From: Polymyxa betae A26-41
Taxonomy: Eukaryota; Protista; Endomyxa: Phytomyxea
Direction of reading: 5' to 3'
Length of the DNA: 64,000 bases
NCBI GenBank assembly: GCA_003693705.1
Contig: RBZT01000591.1
Location: forward strand, 1-64,000
In this document: positions 14,194-25,614 of the stretch, piece by piece
Layout of the letters: each line of letters starts with the position of its first letter
Position numbering within the stretch: the stretch's first letter is position 1
Made by a program: the position numbers and the translations under genes
Notes under the pieces: generated by a model
The model's input: only the letters and a program-made list of their open reading frames with translations
What the model was told of the DNA's origin: nothing
Databases searched by the model: none

Positions 14194-16366
14194 TTACATT
14201 GTTCTCTGCATTAGATAAGGATTCTCACGATTTTTGATGAACGATTCGATAGCATCGTCTTTCCCTGTTTCAGCAATCTTCTTTAATGTTTTGAACATGT
14301 AACTTTCATATGGATCAGGCTGGATGCGACTAAGCCATCCGAATATATCGGAAGCACGTCGATAGACCTGATTGTTCTTTAGACTTTCCTCAATTGTGTC
14401 AAACAGTTTCACAGCAACAAGCAGATAATTGAAATTGACCTCGTTACGCTGGAAATTATGAAATACAAAGTCATATATAGCATGGAAAAGACCTATTTTT
14501 CTCAGCTGGACATGCTTCAAAACAGCATTGTCCCAAGAAGTTAAAGGAAATTTCTCCTGTTTGAAATTCATCAAACAATCAAAGGCCAGTTTTAGCTGAT
14601 TCCATGTTGCATTCAGTTTGGAAGTGATCTCGGAGCATATTCCGAACGTCTGCACATGAAAACTGCTGCGAAAAATTGCAGGATCTTCTCCTGCTGCCAG
14701 TAGGCCTCCTCCACATGAAAATATTCGACGTTCGCCGATGTTCGCCTCAATAAGTTGCACAGCTGTAAATCCAGGAGGGTGCGAATGCAAGAAGCTGCCG
14801 GGAAATGTCACATTTCTGAACACAAAGATTTCCATCAGTAATTCAGCACGAGACTTCCAGGAGTAAATGTTCACTGAAGTCGAAATATTCCACCAAGAGA
14901 TAATTAATAATACCTGAAATAATGAGCTTGTTGAGGAACGAACCAAGTTGTGGCTAGATTCGGGACTGGAATAATATCAAGATCGTGACGATGCTGCTCA
15001 CACGACTGCAAATACAGCATGGGATGAACGAGCAAATCACCACTAACAAATACAAGGGCATCATTTGGAATTGTCTGCAGCGCCTGCTTAGCATAGCGTT
15101 GAACAATGCTATTTGGGTTAGTTGGAACCGAACGCTCAATGTGGATTGCTAATATTATTACAGCACATGAAGCAGTCCATACAGAACCCTATTAATCAGA
15201 GTTAGTATCAAGTATAATTGGAAATCAAAGGTTTAACAGAGATCCACAAGCTTTGAAATTTGCACATACCAATATATCTTGAATGTGTTTATATCCAAAT
15301 GATAGCAATAATGACATGATAATTGACGGCTGCTGATAAAATCGTTGCTGTACCCCTCGTAATAAGGGATCTGATGCATCCATATTATTCAATGAGGCAA
15401 ATGCAATCACATAGAAGGTCCATGTCAGAGCAAGATCCTTCACAGTTCGTGAATGCCTATGACTCCAAATTCCCAGCACTGAAACAATCAGAACTAAAAT
15501 CGATATCTCATCAACTAGATCCACAGAATAGAGCCCGATTCTATTCCAAATTGTTGATGCATTATCCATGTTCTCATTGGCCAAACGAAATGTTCCATAC
15601 TACAGGTAAACAGTTACTAAGAAACAAGATGAAAGCGATTTGAGCATACCTCGTGACGAAGAATGTGTTTTATAATTCCAAAAATATTATCAGTCTCTCC
15701 CCATGATCTATATCGACTTGATCGAAAATAGAGCAGTGAATAAGGAGGTAATAATCCACAAAGAAACAGTCCAAATATCTTCAGGCATTCAGCAAGGTGA
15801 ATTTTTTGAAAGCGAAGAAGAGCCAGAGCGCCAAATGGTAGAATGAACAGGAGAGATGTGTGTTGATTAGACATTGCCAGGCCAGATATAAATGCAGCAA
15901 ACGAAAAACGATTTGTAATTATTGACCAAATGAATAATGTCATGAGAAGATTATTTAATGCAAATACTTCAACCTGAGTAGAATAGGTAAACACAGTCGA
16001 TGAGAATGAGAATATCAAAGACGAGAAGATGGAAGCTGGAAAGGAGCCAGTTAGAGTATAAGCAGTTAATGCAAGAACGACAGCAGCAGCTGATGCTACC
16101 AGAGATGTAATAAGTGAGTAATAGAATGCAGGAGTTTGTAATGGATCAATATATCGTAGAAGTGATGTGGCAATTTGATAGACAATAGCAAAGGTAGGAT
16201 ATCCAGGTGGATGTGGGATGGCTTTTCGACATAGACAGCTTGCCAGTTCTCCAGCATCACCTCCAGAGATATTGCTATCTACAAAGCTGATATATGTAGA
16301 TAATACAGCTGTGAAGATAACGATGGACAAATAGATACTTGATCCCTTACTCGCTTGTCCTTTCAT
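14194..16366 (-). CDS. TMEM260: TMEM260/DUF2723 family GT-C protein O-mannosyltransferase-like membrane protein
   Basis: GGDAGEL...IPHPPGYP, TYSTQVEVFALNN, SNQHTSLLF, WGETDN..GIIKHILRHE and GVQQRFYQQ, with many TM segments. Confidence 0.85.
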
Positions 16367-16815
16367 GATCTCAGCATATGTGTCATGAGTGTGTTGCTGT
16401 CAGATGATATGGTTGCAGTTAAGCTCGACAAACCCCTAATTCCGAACTACTAGCTTTCTCAAAGTGATGCAACCACTTAACCTCAGTCCTCAATACAGTA
16501 GTCAAATTGCTCGCGCATTTACGATGGAAACATACACCAATCTTTTTAGACGAGTGACGTAACAATCCTTGACAATAATAACAGGAAAGTGACGCGCCCC
16601 GAAATCGAGTTAACCAATGATATCGAAGTGCTCGATAAATAACAAGTGAAACAAATCAGAATTCTGAAATCAGGTTTTTAAGACTTGCAACAGCACCAAA
16701 AAGGGCACTTTCCCAACTTAAGAAATTCAGGCAATACACAAATCCCAATCGATGCTCTCAAAGCAAGAGCACTTGCCATCCAGCATTCTGGTTTGGTTTT
16801 ATACAGATATTTTGT

Positions 16816-19800
16816 CTATTCTGTTGAGGTAGGACCGTCGTCCTTAAAGGGAGATTTAGCGCCATTATCAGGTAATGAAGCACGTCTGTGTTCTTCTGGA
16901 TTAATGACTTGAATAATATGATGGCTTGCCGAACGGCGAACCTGTTCCGAGCTTAGATTCGTTTCACAACGACGCAAATAGTCCCTTAACCTCTCCTAAA
17001 AGTAAGGCAATCTCATCTAGCCTTGAGTTCAAATGAGGTACGTCCGAGAGTTTCTTGATAATGTCAGCTTTTTCCTCCTCAAGCGACATACGATGTGTAA
17101 CATCCAGAGGTGTAAACTACAATAATATAAGAACACGAACATATCTCAATCACTAAGGAATACCTCAACGCCACCATCACCGTCAAACTGGCAAACCCAC
17201 TTGTGATATTTCCATAACGACGGGCGGTGTGAAACCGTCATTAGAGTCACCCCTGCAGTCAAACTATGGACAAGAAAATACAAGCGAAGTCTGGATACAT
17301 ACCGATATCAGTAGCATGAGTGTACATCAACCCTTCGACGTCAATGCTGACCTGAGATGTGCATTCGTCGAGAATGGCGAACCGAGGCTTATGATAAAAC
17401 AAGCGTGCCATAGCAACACGTTGTTTTTCGCCACCTACATCGAGATTATTGGGCGATTGCCGTTCAGCTCAAATAATCAGACTAACCTGACAAGACGTCT
17501 TTCCAGTCTCGAACACGATTCCAACCACCTTCACGTTCAAGTACATACTGGAGGTGTGCAAAGCCCAATAAATCATATAAATCGCTGTTAGTGACGCCTA
17601 AAAAAAATTAAAGCATATACCAGTTGCATGCATGATTTACCTTTCTTCTCCATTGCCTCAACAGTGTCTGGATATATAATCTAGGGATGAGTCAGATATA
17701 CTAGTAGAAATTAAACTATAGATGGTGATTGTGAACCTGATCGCGGAACGTTCCGGAAGATAGATAAGGACGTTGTGGAATATAGAACAAGTCTGATGGC
17801 AATGGCCTTCGAAGAACACCATGCCGAACTGGCCATAATCCTCCAAGAATCCTAAGGATCACTTCAGCAGGTGAAACGATCACGCTTCTTAGCTATAACC
17901 TAAATAGAGACGACTTTCCACAGCCGTTAGGTCCAGTGATTAAAGTATGCATGCCCGGCTCGATGACCATACTCAACGCAGGGACCAATTCGTCGCCATT
18001 TGGTGTGATAATGGGAACATCATCGAACTCGATTGCTCCATTTGAGAACTCTGTCATGCCCCCTGAATAGCGAGCAAGGACGGCTTGATTTGCTTCAGGA
18101 ATGAACTATGCCATCATTGTTCATAAGGACAAACTGTGAGAGTTACATGAAATTTATGCTAACCTTGTGGTAAATGCTATTATTAACGTCCTCGAGCGTT
18201 TCGAACAAAATCATCACTCTGCTGGTGTATCCAGCCAATTCGCCTGAATGCTTTCAGACAAGATAGAAAGAAAGAAATACAACGAGAAGGACCGATCTCT
18301 TTGGCGCTACTTAGAATCCGAATGATGGCATCAGCCAAATTCATAAGATAACGCCTATTTCTGGTGTAGTCAGCAGTTCTCTCACCAACGGATTGGTTTG
18401 CCATTCTCGAAGGATCCATTGCCCAAAACACGGGAATGGCACAAATCATCAAACCAACAGCACTGAACAACCGGCTCAGAACACTTTTTCAATGGACCTC
18501 TTATTTGACAGAACCTGCTGACGTATTTCAAAAAGAAGCCCTCGATGACTGCAAACCCAATCCTGCGAGAAATGATCTCTTTGATGTGGTTCACGAGTTC
18601 GTGATATCTCGCCAATAGTGTATCTTTTTCGATAATCTCTCCCTATTTATAAACGTCAGAAACTGATCAGATATTAAATGCAGGGTATAACCTTGTAAAA
18701 TGCAATCTCTTCGGCATTGGTAATAAGCCGAGCATGTGCACTCCTATATTCGCCTTCAAGGCGGCCTTCCTCAGCTGCCAATCGACCGAAAGGCGGCGTT
18801 ATAACAGGCAGCATGAAACCATAAACGATATAGAACGATCTTCAACAAAATCAGTCTCTGCTTGTTCCTGAAATGCCAAAAATACCCCAAGGTAACCGGA
18901 CCAACCCATCCAACAGCCAGGGCTAATTGAGTTCCGAATAAAACCAGATCCAGAACAGGCTTAGCTAAATTCGAGTAGAGCTCAGACAGGGTTGTGCTAA
19001 ATCTTTCGATGTCAACTATGCCGATGTCAATGTGTTAGAATTCGGCAGTAAGCAGGAATAACCTGTAATCAGCTGATCTGCATTTGTAACTCTTGAGTCT
19101 AGTTGTGCCATCTTATAGTACGTGTCATTATGCAGATATCTGCATCAAATTGAAATCAAAAATCGATGATGGAAAAAATACATTTTACCTGTCCAGAACA
19201 CCTTTAGTTAAATTCGTTCTGCAATGCAGAGCAATTCGGGACTGAAGTGAGCGAATCATCGCATTAATGGCGGTAGCAGGTAATGCCAGAATCATCCACC
19301 ACTGAAGTAAATTCAAAAAACTTCTTTTTTTCCCCGATACTAAAGCCTTTGTGACATCCAATCACACACCGATCAACATAACAATGAATGCGAATTACCT
19401 GGACAAGAGCTCCATCAAGTCGAGCAACGAATATGGAGATTATAGTTCTACTGAACAATAGCCCTGCCTACAGAAATCGTGATCTTAGTAAAAGTAATTG
19501 GTTAAACCATATACAGGACAACAAAATCTTACTTGAGTGAATAGCAAAGCATATGCAACCTTATCGTTGAATGCAATTTTCACTAGATAGCGTAACGACT
19601 GGATAAAGGTATCGTTCGATTTGGAATCTTTCAAGTCTTCGGTTTTATGGCTAACTTGTTTGGATAAACTGCTGTTTCGGTTCTGGTATAATTGCTTATA
19701 CATAATCATTGTTAACAAAGATCCAGTCCCTCCTATCAAACATATCGATCAGAAAATAGGGAAACCAGTATCAAACAAAAATCCAAAGAATACGAATCTA

Positions 19801-19895
19801 ACATCAGTGATATAATATCAACATATTTGACAGCAGACAAGCCAGCAATACTTAGGACCTATTAGCAGTTTTCTAAGAGCATCATGGGAGATCAT
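16816..19895 (-). CDS. Peroxisomal ABC half-transporter, subfamily D (PMP70/Pxa-like), multi-exon
   Basis: NADQLIT, EAA motif [14 protein letters not shown], Walker [51 protein letters not shown]. Confidence 0.93.
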
Positions 19896-20361
19896 CTGGC
19901 ACTATCGGCCGGCGCCGAGACGCTAGCAGCCTGAGACTCTATCTGATAGATGAGATGCTGTTAGTCCCCTTTGACACTTTTGACGTGGACTCTAAAGTGA
20001 TGATAATGTTAAGTTCGGTATTTCACTTTATCATTATTTCAGACCCCGCCAGACACACCTTCCACTTTATACAGTTATTCATTGCATTTTATTATTGATT
20101 GAAAATCGACATTACTTAGGTAACACGTTCATTCATTAGGAGCTCCATTCCAGAGGAGCTTTCTTATGATCACTATTTGCAATGAGCCATGTACTGTAAT
20201 GCTCTCGCTATCAATTGACCAATTCTGTCAACCGATTGTATCAATTGACCGCATTGATAGTTTACTGTTGGCTCTCGGTCAGAATAATTAATTTGGCAGA
20301 TATCACCGGCACTGTTATGAATTATGATTTCAATGACATGTCCGCTGATTAATCGGTGTCA

Positions 20362-21000
20362 ATGTCCATTACGATGTTGCGACGTTGGTTAAGGTTGTCT
20401 TCGACCTTGGTTTGGAGAACAACCAAATTCAGACCGATGCGAGTTCGGTCATTCACTTCCCTACACGGCTTGGCAGATGGGAATCGCAGATGTTTTGCTA
20501 AACTAGCTGCCATTGAGATCACTCCTGAGCAATTAGTCGAGCTACGTGTCAAACCAGGCTCAGATCAAGAACGACCAGTTATTATCGATGTCCGAGAATC
20601 GTAAGCAGTCTTGAATTTTGCCATAAGCGATTTCGTAATTCTGTCAAGAAATGAGCTAAAGTTGGCTGAGCTCCCTGGAGCAGACGTCCATCATGTTGCA
20701 TTGTCTAGTTTATACGAGGCACTGGAAAATCATGGTGGTGACGACCAGCCTAATCTTGTTGTGGAGGAACTTCTACCTTCTGAGTGCAAGATGCGATCCC
20801 AAACGATTGTCACATTATGTCATCATGGGGTTCGATCTAAGGCAATCGCTGATTTATTGAAAGAATTAGGCTGGACCAATGTTCATAGTTTATATGGTAT
20901 CAATACTATGTACATTATTTGCCAAGTGCTAATTTAGTATTTCATAGGTGGTATAGATCTATATGCAGATTCTATAGATCCTACTATTGGAAGATACTGA
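20362..21000 (+). CDS. Single-domain rhodanese/sulfurtransferase, probably mitochondrial (3 exons)
   Basis: Arg-rich presequence, IIDVRE, active-site loop CHHGVRS, SLY|GGIDLYADSIDPTIGRY*. Confidence 0.88.
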
Positions 21001-21148
21001 AACACATTCTCCTCCATCTACTCATCATGCCAAACGTTTTCCACTTTTCACATGCTGTCATTATTTTGAATATATATATTGATGAGGCTCTCTATCTGTA
21101 TAGGCTCAACAGTATCCAACAACTCAGATCGTTCGAGCATCTCTTACG

Positions 21149-22968
21149 TTAATCATCTGTTAAGAATTGTGTAAATGCCGTTTTGATTTCAGTTGGGGAC
21201 ATTTTCGGTCGACTTAGATTCTTTCGTGTACCTTCAATGAAGATTGAGTTTGTTACATAACAAGCTGTACAGTATTGGCTACCTTTGCAAATTCGAATTT
21301 CAAGGAATGCCGGTCCATTGGTATCCCGCAATTGGCAGATTCCATCTCTGATCTCATCGGCAGTTGTGACAGATAATGCCAATTTATAACCCAAAGCTTT
21401 AGCAACGGTCGCGAAATCGATCTGGAAGCCGCCACTAGGTTGACCTCCAACTACCAATTATCAATCAGATTCTGTTGAATGCTTCTGTATTGGTGTCACT
21501 CCACTAACCCGAATCATGTGCAGCATTATTGAATAGAATATGCTTCAGATTTGAAGACGATTTAATGGCTATGGTTGCCATTGTTCCCAAATGCATCAGA
21601 CTAGCGCCATCACCATCCAGGCACCAGATCTGATTTCTTTCATTAGGATTACATTCATTTCAAATACGACTTGATGTAAGTCTACCCGACGAGATGGACG
21701 AGCTAGAGCGACTCCGAGGCTGATTGCTGTTGCATGACCCATGGACCCGACCACGAGGAAATCGCTGTTATGGCTGGATTGATGTCGGACTCGATATTCA
21801 TAAAGCTCTCGAGACGTGAATCCTATCAATATGAGCGCAAGAGACTACAAACTTGTTAATGTGAACCTGTTGTGGCAACAAATGCATCGTCCTTATCAAC
21901 ATTGCCCAATATAATTTCTAATGCTCGCTCCCTTGTCAATAGGCAATCCTCATGCTCTGAACTGATTTCAGGGTATATTGAGGGCAAGTACGGTATCTAG
22001 ACAACTACCCTCGTCGTGCTGGAGCTGATATTTTCCGAAACATTGTTTCTTTACCAGTAGAGCATATGGGCCTGAACGTGATCGCATTGTCTGCAAGGCA
22101 ACGTCGACGGCGGTTGTTGCTCCTATTGTCGAATCAGTTGATTGTACAGTAATAGAGCTTTGAGACCTTTGATATGGTTTGGAAGAACCTGGAAAGGAAT
22201 AGAGAGATCATTCAATAATGCTGGCGTAATGTTGCCTTGAACATTATGCTGAACTTCATCTTTTACACCGGGTTCACCTGAGGATTATTAGCATGCATCT
22301 GACGATTACCACGAGCAGGCCCACCTCTCCATCCAATCAATAATAATACTGGAAGTGAATATACATTGGGATCACATAACGACACCAACGGGTTGACAGC
22401 ATTTCCAAGCCCTATGAGAGGTTATCATGACGATCTTCAATGAGGTATGTTGGTTCACCTGAATTCTGCATATATACAATGGGGATTTGTCCAGTTCCTA
22501 GATGATATCCTGCAGCTAAACCAATAGCTGCTCCTTCATTAGCACATATAATATGTTGATCGTCATTCGAATGATCCTATCGGTTTAGTTAAACTCGAAA
22601 TTCACAGTGCGTCGTTAAATTTCATTTTTGAAGTATTTGTTAGATTATCAGAACTTCTTGGTTATTCTAAACTCTCAACGTGCATAGCAAACTGAAAACG
22701 TTTATCGCGGTCTAATTCTGGTTCTGAAATTATTCGCAAATTTGGATACTTGGACATAAGCACAGAAATCCTTGAGCAATGAATCAGGAACTCCTGCATA
22801 AAACTGTATATCGCGATCTTGTAGAAGATCGTAGAACTGTCTGGGACATAACAATTTCCCATCGTTATCATTCGATCCAGAGCTATGATGCATTCGAGTT
22901 GATAATATGGGAGACCATCTTGATGGTCGATGTGCCAGTTGTCTACATAGCCCATACAATGCCAGCAT
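21149..22968 (-). CDS. aepY: Phosphonopyruvate decarboxylase (ThDP-dependent), multi-exon, with N-terminal presequence
   Basis: [84 protein letters not shown], ThDP motif LDGDGA...[21 protein letters not shown]. Confidence 0.93.
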
Positions 22969-23425
22969 ACCAACGTTAAATCAGCAAGAAATTCGATCAC
23001 AAAGTCACAGATTGTTTAGCATTGAATGCCAGATCTGGTCGATTTGAGGGTACCACATCAAAGGAAGCAACAATAAACTCATAAGACGTATTCTAGATTT
23101 ACTTGAATAGTTCTTCGCCTTAGTGAATGACATTGGTCGCAAACCCTGCGATACTGGACTGAGAAGAATGGGCGTCGTTGAACATGTTTTTGCACAAAAA
23201 TCATGACGATCTGGACTGAGCAGTCATAATCAGCGCTAAAAAGAACATGAATTCCAAGAGATCGTTGAGATGTTCTGCTATAATACAAGAAACCACAATA
23301 CAGATTCTATATTGATCAAGTTTATAAAAAAATTGGATCTGATATTTGTTGTATGAAATGCCAAATTCCAGATAACAAAATGTGCAAGGCATGATATAAC
23401 TGCTGATGATAAATATGAATGAGAC

Positions 23426-25313
23426 TCAAAAGTCGGTATCATCTTCAGGGTCATCATCATCATCTTCCTCTTCTTCCTCCTCTTCTTCGTCTTCCTCTTC
23501 GGATCCCATTTCGTCTTCGTCGTCAAGTTCCTGTTCATGCAATCAACGAAACGAGCAGGGTGAGATCGGCTACGCTTTTCAGTGACCTGTACTTGATCAT
23601 TAAATTCAGCACTGTCTTCTTCATCGTAATCATCATCATCATCATCAAGCATAGATCCAATCACTTGTCCTGTTCCAGGATAGTCGACTGAACAGCAGCC
23701 ATCATTACTACCGATCAAATCAAGAGAAGAATTCCAAAGAAAGTTCAATGAAAAGCGGCTGACTCCACAGTACGATTGAAAGAATTCTGCTAAAACAAAA
23801 ATCAGAAATCTCTCAAACTTTTACGTCGCCCGCGCGGATCAGCAGCGCCAGGCCGGGCCAACCGTACTGGACCCGGGGCCTTCGAAGACGAAATGGGACT
23901 TTGCGAATCGGATTCTTCCTCGGAAGATCCTTGATCATCATCATCGTTGTCATCGCGGCGACAGTCGATATCGTTCTCGTCGACCTGCTGCTCTCCTCGC
24001 AGGATTCGCAGCTCTTCCTCGCGAAGATGTCGCCTCATCTTACGAAGGTGACGTTCCGATTCCTGCAACAATTGGCTAGGGTTTGAGAGTTTCGGGTCCT
24101 GATTCTTACCAAACGACGTTCTTCGTCTTGCAGCTCAAGACGACGCTGTTCATCCTCTAAGTATGTCAAGTTTGTGAACTTCTCCATATATTCACGATAT
24201 ACAACTTTTAATTCGTTCTCAAGTGATTCAAATTCAGCCATAAAGGCGGGCCTGAAGTGACAAAATCAAACCCTAAACCCTAATCACAGACATTAACCCC
24301 TCACTTCACTTTCTTGATCGTTTTTAGTCGTTTCACAGCACGTTCCAGATCGGCCTGTTTCCGTTCTATTCGTGCCTGAATTTGAACCCGATCAGATTCC
24401 AATCCGGCACAATTAGTCTTGAGCATTGATAAATGTTCAGAGAGAGCCTGAATTTGTGATCGCATAGATTTCTCGATCTCCTGCTGTGGATCATCACTCT
24501 CCAGATTATGGCTCATCTCATCAATGAAGCGTATTGCACGATCTCGGGCCTCCTACAAACATCACCAGACTTCCGTTAGTAAAGATTGGTTCAACTAAAC
24601 ATTCAGCAACACTTTTTGAATGAAAATGATTCAAGAAGTTGTAAAAATGTAAGCGTTTTGGCTGACTTTAAGTTGTGGTTCATTTCCAAGATTTGAATAG
24701 AGCTGTCCACCACTTTCAATAATGGTGCTCGCAACACCTTTTGTATCAATAGATGGTCTAACAGGATCTTGATTCGTCTCATGTCCAGGTGTATTTCCAT
24801 TCTATATAATGTTTAATCTCAAACAGATGGCGCTAACAGACGAATTGCTACAACCTGTTTGCTGATCATGGTGGCTTGGAATAGAAACGCAGCTACTTTA
24901 TGGAGCTCCTGGACAGCATATCCATCTGCCTGATACAACTTTCGAACATTCAGACGTAGGTTGGCCTTGGACATGACAATTCGAGCAGCCGCTTTGATAA
25001 ACTGTACTCGTGCTGCTTCATTGCTAATGTCGTCACTCAGGTCGCAGTTTGGGTCCAGTCTAAAGGGCAATGTGAGACCGCGGGACGACGCCGTACTGGC
25101 TCTCGGCCCAGGATGTACCGTTCGGCGAGCCAGTAGAGAACATCAGCGACCAGCTCGAAATTTGGACTGCGAAAGTTCTCCATCGAGATCAGGCGATGGT
25201 AGCCCAAACATTTCATTCGTTCGGTGAAATCTGGGACCATGGCATCATATTAGCACTGATCGATACCCATAACATGTTAATGGTATCGTACTTCGCAGCT
25301 CTCGGAACGACAT
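23426..25313 (-). CDS. CLUAP1: Clusterin-associated protein 1 / IFT38 (IFT-B subunit), multi-exon
   Basis: MSFRELR|[64 protein letters not shown], acidic tail ending DDTDF*. Confidence 0.95.
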
Positions 25314-25614
25314 CGGGCCTGCACAATGCAGTTGGAATGGAATTTCAGGCCTGTGACGGTTCAAATGATTGATTGATTTCTCGTGATTCACCAAGCAGGC
25401 CGCTGATGTATAATGTTTCCCAAAATGGCTCAAAGAAGACCAAACATTATAGAATACTAACGGCTTCCTACATAGCCGGGAATTCGATAAGTATAACCAT
25501 GCTTACAACAGGCTCAATTTATTTGGAAATAACTTGAAACCGTCTGTTAAGTGTAAGTTCAATGTATGATGAATGACAAAGAATGTATCGGATAGATAGT
25601 TCAAAACAATGTCG

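Noticed and set aside
20362-22968. Rhodanese plus Ppd as a metabolic gene cluster
   Set aside because: Convergent neighbours with no known shared pathway. No pepM or aminotransferase is nearby.
23278-23748. 156-aa ORF with D/E/K runs as a separate gene
   Set aside because: It overlaps the acidic last exons of CLUAP1 and reads through their introns.
24268-24283. Telomere-like aaaccctaaaccctaa
   Set aside because: Only two units, inside a CLUAP1 intron. Too short to call an interstitial telomere.
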